A DNA stretch of 63,904 nt, counting the filler, from Collodictyon triciliatum (taxonomy: Eukaryota): NCBI GenBank assembly GCA_043381765.1. It is 3 parts of 3 records of this genome, joined end to end, with 100 filler letters (N's around TTAATTAATTAA, not from the genome) between each part and the next. Parts side by side here need not be neighbours in the genome. Positions count along the whole stretch, not along the records: positions 40,863 to 63,904 come from JBHJMP010001130.1; 2 more parts are not named here. One strand, given 5' to 3'. This document shows, one piece after another, positions 42,195-63,904 of this stretch. Position numbers and translations under genes: made by a program. How positions within the stretch are numbered: position 1 is the first letter of the stretch; each line of letters begins with the position of its first letter. Under the pieces are notes generated by a model. That model searched no databases. It saw only the letters and a program-made list of their open reading frames with translations, and was not told the origin of the DNA.

Positions 42195-42822
42195 GGTCAA
42201 CTTACTTTGTCGAACATACAGTGTCGATGAGCCCTGAAAACATGTTTGATGCTATCATTTTGCATACTCGGTAAAAGCCTCTCTGATGCCAACTTCAAAC
42301 TATTTGAACAATCAAGTTTGATAAACTGCACTTCTTCATTTCCCTTGATTAGATATACTCTTTTTTTATGGCAATATTAATGAATTATGGATACGACTTA
42401 TACGATTTTCCATAGTCTTATAATGCTCCAATTTACTCATAATACAATCGATATACGTTCTGTCGTCTCAAATCATGAAATTTCCTTATGAGTACTCTTG
42501 TTATGCCATTCCTAACCTCTCTTTTCTACAACTCAAACAAAACGTGATAAAATTTAATTCCCTTCATTTCCCCTTATGAATCCTTGAGATGAAATAAACC
42601 ATTTGAAAAAAATATACCCAACATTGCCTTGTCGCAACGAGAAAGAATCATTTATGGAACCCTGCTTGTCTTCAATGAACTTTGACGCTATACTATTTCT
42701 ACCAATCGCTCTGGACATCTTTCTGTCCGTCATTTTTATGTTTTGTTGCCGTGAAGCAGAGGGTGGATAAAGCAGTGTTGGTAGCAATCATTCTTGCACA
42801 GTTGAGTCGAACAAAAAGCGAA

Positions 42823-43833
42823 CTAAAACATAAGCATCGAGTAGGTTATGCAATGCGTCGGTTGTGCTGGAAAGAAGAAAAAAAGCGGAGAAAGAAGAAA
42901 GAATTGCGTGTGCCATGTTTATTTGCAAGTAGAGTAGTTACAATTGTCCATTTCCCAAGGTGGCTTACGCAGCCAAAACCGTGCAATCTGGTCATACTCA
43001 TAATCATTCAGGCCCCCAGTGAAGGCACGCATGCTCGAGCGAAGATACTGGTAGCTATATATATATACATGCAGGAATGAATTTTACTTGCTCCAACAGA
43101 GATGAAGAACAAAAGTGTGGCACTAGCAGACATAGATAGACACTGATTCACCCACTGGTTCGCTATTTCGAGGATGAAAAGCCTGTGTGTCGGGGTTGGA
43201 AAGACATCGGCTTTCTGACTTTGTTCAGAGTCATCTCCGTCCCAATCGGAAGCATTGGCAGTGGCGCCCGTCTCATCCCCAGCCTCAACCAAACATCTCT
43301 GCAGAAGAACACACTCGGTTTCCATCGTCCTTCTGATGAATATCAAGTTATAAAGAAAGTATTAACCATGGCATCCAAAGACATCTTTTGCTGCCGGCCT
43401 TGAGCCAGCTACCCAGCCATCTGATGAATCTTAAGAGACCCCGCAAAGTCCCACTTCCACAATCCACACACATCACATGAGTATCTTTCAGGGCATCACA
43501 CGAAAGCGACCAAAGCACGGGCAAAGTGACTCACAAACTGTTGAAGACTCGATCCATGATCCGATTCGTCTGGAGCCACCACTTGGCCTCTGCCGCCCTG
43601 GCTGACTCTTGCAGAATCTGCGTGTGCGAGTCGCCGATGCCGGGAATGAGAGACCTGCTCTTGTCTGGGGGTTTGTTGTTTTTGTTGCTGCTGCTGCTGC
43701 TGCTTGCGTTGCGCCTGCGAAACTCTGAGCCGACCTCCTGGTCGCTAAGGAGGCGCTCCACAGTTGCCAGCCCCGAGGCAAAAGCTGCACTGTACCTTTG
43801 CGCGTGTTGGTGGAAGCCGGCTTCGGAGGCCAT
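42823..43833 (-). CDS. Hypothetical protein (multi-exon, model uncertain)
   Basis: GC-rich first exon MASEAGFHQHAQRYSAAFASGLATVERLLSDQE...KWWLQTNRIMDRVFN. Candidate later exons: METECVLLQRCLVE...HRLFILEIANQWVN and YQYLRSSMRAFTGGLNDYEYDQIARFWL. No family recognised. Confidence 0.45.
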
Positions 43834-44091
43834 TGTCTCTGACTTTGGTTTTCTTTCTTGGTTGGTTCTCTTTCTCGTGGTTTCTATGCGCCTGGGCCCC
43901 GAGCGCAGAGGGTGGCTGGGAAAGTAGGGAGTCGCAAAAGGCAGCGTTAAAAGAGGCTGTCGATTTATTCGCTTTCTGGCTGCTGTGCGCCTGTTTCTCG
44001 GCCTCTTTGGACGATGTAGCTCGCGAGGCACTCGCTGATGCGGAGTGTTGTGATGGCAGGATTTTGGAGTGTTTGGCTGAGTGGATGGAGT

Positions 44092-57009
<12,918 letters not shown>

Positions 57010-57746
57010 GCGCTCTGCATGTGGTTGTGTGTGAGTGACGGCTTGCAAGAGGCTGCAAACCTTTCCATGACTCTTGTGTTTCCCTTTACCTTTATTATTC
57101 TTTCGCTTTTATTTTACTTTCTTTTCTTTTCTTTATGTTTTTCTTTCTCTTTTATGTCTTTTCTTTTCCTCCTAGACTTTTTTTTGTTTTTTGTTTGTTT
57201 GTTTTTTTTTGACTTTTTTTTGATTTTTTTTGACTTTTTTTGATTTTTTGTGTTGATTTAATCTTCTGTGTGGGCTGAATCTGGTCCACTTTTGGTTACA
57301 GATTGAATTTCCAGATGAAGGTTGAGTTATTCATACCATATTAGATAATAAGTCGACCTATATTTTCCATATTTAATTTAAAGACATACAAACCCACATT
57401 CGCATTAAAATTGCCTTCCATGTCGACACCAATTTTTGTGGTTACTCTTCATTTCTTTTCACAATCATTAATCATTCGATGAATCACAATCGCAAGAAAA
57501 GCCGCAAAGTCCTTCGGTTGTGGCCAAACCTCCAAGCAACAAAAGCTGCGTCCAGCGAAACACAGCAACGAACTGTCTGATTCATAGCACACAACATCTC
57601 GACAGACTTACAGTACTAGGAAGCAAAAAAATAACCAAAGTTTGCACTGTTGTTCAGAAGGGATTCGCTACTTAGTCTAAAAAAAAAAACTTTCAAAAAC
57701 CCGAGAAACCCACCCTGAAAAACTGTACTTTTGCGCAGATTCCACG
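57010..57746. promoter_or_regulatory. Putative bidirectional promoter region between divergent URB1 and NOP58
   Basis: 737 nt between the two ATGs (57009 minus strand, 57747 plus strand). Inferred from orientation only. Confidence 0.4.
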
Positions 57747-60607
57747 ATGCTCGTCCTGTTTGAAACACCCGCCGGATTTGCTCTCTTCAAACTCCTCGAC
57801 GAGGGGAAGATCGACTCTGAGAACCTATGGAAGGATTTCAGCACGCCCGAAGCCGCACAGAAAGTGTACGTCCGTCCTGCGAAATCACCCTTTGCCGCAG
57901 CCCTCACCTTCCTCCCTTCCTTCCTTCCTTCCTTCCTTCCTTCCTTCCTTCCTTCCTTCCTTCCTTCCTTCCTTCCTTCCTTCCTTCCTTCCTTCCTTCC
58001 TTCCTTCCTTCCTCAGTCCAAGCTGAAACCTCTTTCGCGAGCGTTCTTTGTCGCAGTCTGCAGCTACCCAGCCATTTATTTTTTTCTGCTCTCAATCACA
58101 CGTACTCAGCCCTAACTCAAAGATGTCTTGTTTAAAGGGTTCACTTTCGTGGTGTCACTAACTCTCAACCAAACACACTTAGGGTGAAGCTGAAAGCGTT
58201 CCATAAGTTCCAGGACACCCTGGAAGCCCTGGAGGCGGCAACGGCCTTGATTGATGGCAAGATGGACTCCAGTCTCAAGAAGTTCCTCAAGAAGCAAATC
58301 GCAGGCAAAGCCGGTTCAGCGGCTGCCGAGAAACTTGCGGTCTGCGACTCGAAACTTGCCACTGTCATCAAGGACAGCCTCAATATCCCCTGCATTTTCG
58401 ACGATCGCGTGTTCCAGTTGATGCGTGGTATTCGTGAGCAGATTGACAGTCTTGTTGGTGCGGACCAGGCTGACATGAAAGCCATGGTTCTCGGTCTCTC
58501 GCATTCACTCTCTCGCTATAAGCTCAAGTTCAGCCCTGACAAGGTCGACACAATGATCATCCAAGCCATCGGTAGGAACCATTTTATCATGAATAGCATC
58601 TGTCTTCCCTTCTTTATTTCTTTCCTTTTATTTGCTGCTGGTTGACATATATCACCTTGGTTATTTCTCTGTTCTCTTACCTTAGCCTTTTTCTTTCTTT
58701 AACTTTTGTAAACATACAGGCCTCTTGGATGACCTTGACAAGGAACTTAACACGTATGCTATGAGAGTGCGCGAATGGTACGGTTGGCATTTTCCTGAGA
58801 TGGGCAAAATCATCGTCGATAATGTGGCTTACGCTAAAGTTGTGAAGAAGATGGGTCAGTTTTACACAAATACGTCGTCATTCTATTCTGTTATTCAGTT
58901 ATCAAGCTTGTGAACCGTAATGACTACACGACTCTCAAGGTGATTGTTACCCGCAATAGGATTTCGCTCCAATGCCCTGAAGACTGAGTTTGGTGATATC
59001 CTCGCTGACGAAATCGAGCAAGAGTTGAAGGAAACTGCCCAGATCTCCATGGGAACTGAGGTTTTCTAGTCATCAAGCGACATAGATATTTTACAAATTA
59101 TCCTAGAGCACCATTGTCAGAGTCTCTCCCTTTCTTTTAACAATAAACTGATAATAGATCAGCGAGCAAGACATTGAAAACATCACCTATCTCTGCGACC
59201 AAGTCATCTCCCTTACTGAGTATCGCGTCCAGCTGTATGACTACCTGAAGAACCGTATGCAAGCAATCGCACCGAATCTTAGCTTCTTGCTCGGCGAAAT
59301 GGTTGGTGCCCGCCTCATTTCCCACGCTGGAAGCCTGTTGAATCTTGCCAAACACCCTGCCTCTACAGTCCAGATTCTGGGAGCCGAAAAAGTATGTCGG
59401 TTCCTCAATTTATCTATTCTTAAGAATATTAAGATTTATATTGTTCATGCAGTCTATCCCGGAATAATAATGTACTTACTTTATCCCCTTCATCTCAGGC
59501 TCTTTTCCGCGCTTTGAAGACTAAGCACGACACTCCTAAGTACGGTCTAATTTACCATGCCTCTCTGATAGGCCAAGCGCCCGCCAAACACAAAGGAAAG
59601 GTGTGTCTTGAGTCCTTTTCTTTTTCTTTAGATTTACTGCCATTTTGATGGAAAACGAATGTTATCATCAGTGACACCCCACACGATATTGACCCGTGCG
59701 ATTCCCTATCGCAGATTTCTCGCGTCCTTGCAGCAAAAGCAGCCCTCTCTATCCGCGTCGATGCTCTTGGCGAAAAGGATATTCCCAATATCGCAGTTCA
59801 GCAACGTGCTAAGGTGGAAGCCAGGTTTGCTGTTCTGCCAGTTATCTTACGAAAACTATTATGCATTCCCCAGGTCAAACAATCGTGAATTACCTGAATG
59901 CAAACTTGTCACCCACCATAACGCAATCAAACTCTTACAGAATCAAGCTCCTTGACCAGACTGGTATTCGCCCCGGCGGTGGCATGAAGTCCAAGAGCAA
60001 ACCGAGGTCCTTTGAAACCCAAGGGTAAGAGCCAATAACCGACAACTTGCATGAATCATGATTTTTCTATGTATAACATAAATCAGCATCGGTTTGGTCA
60101 CCTCCTGGAATTCCTCACCCACCCTCATAGTGGGTCGAGTGCAAAGCCATACTCCTCCAAGTCTGACTCGATGGTTACATTCAAAAAATCGTCCGAGACG
60201 TTGACAACTACACTAGGTATGCATATGTTAAGAAAGCTCACGCAGATAATAAACTTTTTCGCTCTCTTGTCTTCTCCATTTCGCGGAAGCAACCGATTTG
60301 AATCCTGACTCTGTCCACAGACGAGAAGCCGAAGGCCTCAGAGGAGAAAAAGCGCAAGATCGAAGAGACTGTCGAAGAGCCCGCCCCTGTGCCCCAGGAG
60401 AAAAAGAAGAAAGCCAAAAAGCAAGAGGCTGAGGCACCCGCGGCTCAGGAAGAAGCAGAGAAGCCAAAGAAGAAAAAGAAGGTCAAGGCAGAAGAAGCAG
60501 CACCCGAACCCGAACCTGAGCCCGTTGCAGTCGAGGAGCCCGCATCTGCGTCTGCTGGTGGAGAGGAAAAGAAAAAGAAGAAAAAGAAGAAGGCAGAGTC
60601 AGCATAA
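57747..60607 (+). CDS. NOP58: Box C/D snoRNP core protein NOP58
   Basis: [136 protein letters not shown]-rich tail ending KKKKAESA*. Confidence 0.96.
57914..58013. repeat. (TTCC)n microsatellite in NOP58 intron 1
   Basis: Directly visible. Confidence 0.9.
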
Positions 60608-61299
60608 GAATCAGAACACCACATCGAAACCGCTGCGACTTCCGCTCTCGCAGTCGGCAACAAACAACGAATCTATTTTTTCCTCTCCCGTTTTCCCCTT
60701 CTTTTCTCGCACCATTCTTTCATTCTTTTATTCTCTGCAGCCTTAACACTCCGATTCATTCAACACTTTTCACACCATCTCTTGTGCTCTCTTTGTCCGA
60801 AGAAGAAAAGAAAAAAAAACAAATACACCGACGTTACCCGAGTCCGCGACCCACTGTCCCCTTCTTCTACATACATTTTCTTCTCTTGATATCTCTTCGA
60901 CTCCATTTTCTGCAAGTATTCCATCTGCCTGTTCTTATTTCATCGACCAACTACCCACGCTCACACACAGACCGAACAGGGAGTTTTGTTTATAGTACGT
61001 TTCTAGACTGTGTCCAATCACCGCATGGACAGAGCGATACATTCCAACATGATGATAATATGGAAGCTGCTGGAAGAGAAATACAATTGTGCGCAAGCAA
61101 GCCAAAGTAATTTATGCATGGAAGGAAGAATGGATGAAAAGCACAATCCTTGGCAACACCCTTTGCCGCGGTTGCAGCACCGAGCGAGCATTGAGATGTT
61201 TAAGAGAGGACGTGGTATTGAAAGGAATCGATCTTGCCTGGGCACAGAAGAGAGCGGAAGGGGGTTTTTTTTTTTACCCCCTCGATGACTGGTCGATTC

Positions 61300-63139
61300 C
61301 TAGTTCATTTGCCTGGGGAATAGCGTATACTCAGCCCGTCCCGAGGATGCTGGAGAGGATTTCCCATAGATCGATGCATCCATTGGAATGGCTGATTTGC
61401 TCAAGGTGTCCACCAAGTGGGTGATGTTGCTCACAGAAAGTATGGTGGCCAGGCTGCTGGGTGTCTCCAGCGATTGTAAGTCCAGCTTCGCCCACATGAC
61501 AGGCCCGACTTTACCGGACGCAAGCACATCGCAAGCCCCGACGACAGCAGATGAGTGTTGCGTCTCTGAAAAGCGAATCAGCCCGATACGTTTGGGCTTG
61601 CCGTCCTTTGCCGCTTCGGATGCAGCTTGAGCCAGGGCAGCCTCTGCGACTGTGCGGCTAGTGAATCCAAAGACCAGGCCTTGGTTCCAGAATGGCAGTA
61701 GGATTTGTGTGATGAGTCTCGTAAATACATACACTCGGTCCCATACGTTAGCTTGGAACTGCTTCATATCGACGGCTCCTTTACAGTCTGCAAAAAACGG
61801 AGTCAACAGGTTAGCCAAGGGCTACATGAGAGTGTTTGTGTGCGATGATAAGAGGGTGTAAAATGAGTGTGTATGTGTTTGTATGTTACTAAACTATCTT
61901 AAAAAAAAAAGAAAAAAGAAAAAAGAAAAAGGAAAAAGGAAATAGGAAAAAGGAAAAAGAAAAGAAGAAACCAACTCGGAGAAAAGACTCACCATATCGA
62001 ATCGATTGAGTGATTCCATTCAAATCTTGGGACTGGATAGGTCTCGTCCCTAACCCAAGCATCATACGACATTGCTTCAGCAATTCCATTTCCAAGGAGC
62101 TCCATTGAACACGGGATGAAGTGACAAAAGACTAAAGGCAATACGTGACGGTTAATATCACAGGAGAGTGGGGAGAGAATCAGATATAAATAAAGTCATG
62201 CATTTCATGTCGATCAGCTACGCACGTTTCCTCCAGCATTCTTCCATATTTTCTTGCACAGCAGATTCTTGCGGGTGTTGACATCAGGGACCAAATGAAT
62301 TGGCGATGCTACAGAGACGCCCACGACTTTCTGCCCACTTGTTCCATACCCATCATAAACCAGGAATTGGACATGACTTGAGGCGTCCTCGGATGACTGA
62401 AGCTTAGGAATCTCATTAAACTGGGCCATCTTGGTTTCTTGGGATACGGAGGTAATTAGGCTCATGGTCTCAAAATTTGAGTTTGTCAAATTCATTTTGG
62501 CGACTAAGTTGCTGCTTTGCGCAACTGCGCTTCCGTGCACAAGAATCTGGAAGGGTGATTGCAACTTTTCATGGGGCGTTTGGATGCTCTCCAATGGACG
62601 ATTGACGATCACGACAGACTTTTGCAGAGGCTTCTGATCGACCGGGCTGAGGGCGAGGGTAGGCAGCTTTGTGGTGTTTCTGGTGGCTTGCATAGGTATC
62701 TGTCTACTGCAAGAAAAAATAGAATATCAAAGGGATTAGATTCATGACCAAAGCTTCCTTGAGAGAAAACAAAGTGGGGGAAAGAGAGAAGAGGGACTAA
62801 TGACTTTAGAGTAATTTTTCTAACTATCGATGATGCGCTATTCGCCTTAATTCTTGAACTAAAAATACGAGAGAGCAACGAAAGAGAATGTGTATTAAGC
62901 GCAGAGTGAAAAAGTTACCTGTTTGTTTTCATGCCGGCCTCGATCTCCGGCACACTCACGACAGCTTCGCGGGCTACGTCTTCCTCAAACATGGCCACGT
63001 CGCTCGCAGCGAAGCCGCCAGTAGCGCTCCACCCAAGTCCCGATCTCCCGCAGGAGGCGGCGTTTGCGATCGGGCCAGCTTGGGCGAAGCTGCTGAAGGC
63101 GGAGGGCAGGTTCAGTTGCAGTGGGGCTGTTTGGAGCAT
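61300..63139 (-). CDS. STAT-like protein (DNA-binding-like, linker and SH2 domains, C-terminal Tyr), ~442 aa, 4 exons
   Basis: Exons 63139-62919, 62706-62226, 62131-61993 and 61787-61300 are in phase. Linker KIWKNAGGNSFVTSSRVQWSSLEMELLKQC..TRPIQSQDL. SH2 region LLPFWNQGLVFGFTSRTVAEAAL...IGLIRFSET. Tail RAEYTLFPRQMN*. The start codon is inferred. Confidence 0.75.
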
Positions 63140-63807
63140 CTTGGCGTCTGGTTCTGTCAATTTCCTTGGGTCTTGGTGTTTGGTTTCTGGGAGCTGCTTT
63201 GCTCTCTCTCTCTCTCCTTCTGCTTTCCTTGGGTTTTGGCTTTTGCTTTGCTGTGATGAGTGTAGTTCCAACCGCACAGGCCGCTGATCGAAAATCCTGA
63301 AACCCTTTATATGCCGCCCGCTCCAAGGTGGTTCAGCCCGAGTCCGGCAAGAGATTCCTTGAAAATTCCGAATCACGAACAGGGTAATCATGCTATTTTG
63401 GATATTCCAATCTCGTTCTCAGGCTCCACACTTTTTCAAGATCAAAAAGTACTCAATTTGGCAAGGGCATTCCGAGACGGTATCTTTCTTTCATCATATA
63501 ATTTTGATAATTTTAGTATATTATTATATACATAAATTTAAAATTGGGGATATTGATAGTATAAAGGCATTATATATTAAATTCCATATATATTAATATA
63601 CAAATATGGAATATTAATTTTTTTATTAATCTAGATGGCTTTTAACATTCTTATACTATTTTAAGACTAATATTATTACATAATTTATAATGCATGATAT
63701 TTTGGCAAACAAATAACCAGAGCGGTCGCTTAGCACGAGGCAGGCTTTGTTGCAGATCACACCCGTGCTGTATTAATCTTTTTCTTTGAAAACAAACAAA
63801 CAAACAA

Positions 63808-63904
63808 ACGAAAAAACGAAAAAACGAAAAAACGAAAAAACGAAAAAACGAAAAAACGAAAAAACGAAAAAACGAAAAAACGAAAAAACGAAAAAACGAA
63901 AAAA
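63808..63904. repeat. (CGAAAAAA)n octamer tandem repeat running off the window end
   Basis: Directly visible. Confidence 0.9.

Noticed and set aside
42090-42360. Minus-strand frames with in-frame stops suggesting a pseudogene or stop-codon reassignment
   Set aside because: Much of it is explained by a plus-strand START-like exon. Conserved genes here end in TAA, TAG and TGA with no internal stops.
57865-60320. Intron-encoded box C/D snoRNAs in NOP58
   Set aside because: No paired RTGATGA...CTGA boxes with terminal stems in the introns I inspected.
63808-63904. Telomeric repeat
   Set aside because: The CGAAAAAA unit lacks the G-run typical of telomeres and looks like the other A-rich microsatellites.

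Overview
Intron-rich, AT-rich nuclear DNA from a microbial eukaryote using the standard genetic code (TAA, TAG and TGA all end genes here). The gene content (TSET subunits, a STAT-like SH2 protein, mitochondrial TIM44) suggests a non-animal, non-dikaryan protist, but the taxon cannot be fixed from this window. Two artificial 100-nt linkers (N44-TTAATTAATTAA-N44 at 23169-23268 and 40763-40862) split the window into three pieces whose adjacency is unproven. Hand-spliced gene models, in order: 3' end of a beta-propeller gene; TIM44 (-); TSAUCER/TASH3-like TSET subunit (-); tRNA-Val(TAC); a 20-exon, ~1300-aa fusion of four PH domains to a divergent actin-fold domain (+); a secreted double 7-bladed FG-GAP propeller (+); ALKBH6 (-); bacterial-type isoaspartyl dipeptidase IadA with a signal-peptide-like extension (-); soluble cytochrome b5 (-); TPLATE (+); acetyl-CoA acetyltransferase (+); a START-like gene (+, partial); a hypothetical gene (-); URB1/Npa1 (-) head-to-head with NOP58 (+); and a compact STAT-like gene (-). 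There are also two 3' fragments of one LINE family and many intronic microsatellites. Best leads: the PH4-actin fusion, both TSET large subunits in one window, the possibly secreted IadA, two U12-like introns in URB1, and the minimal STAT. Family calls rest on motifs recalled from memory, not on database searches.
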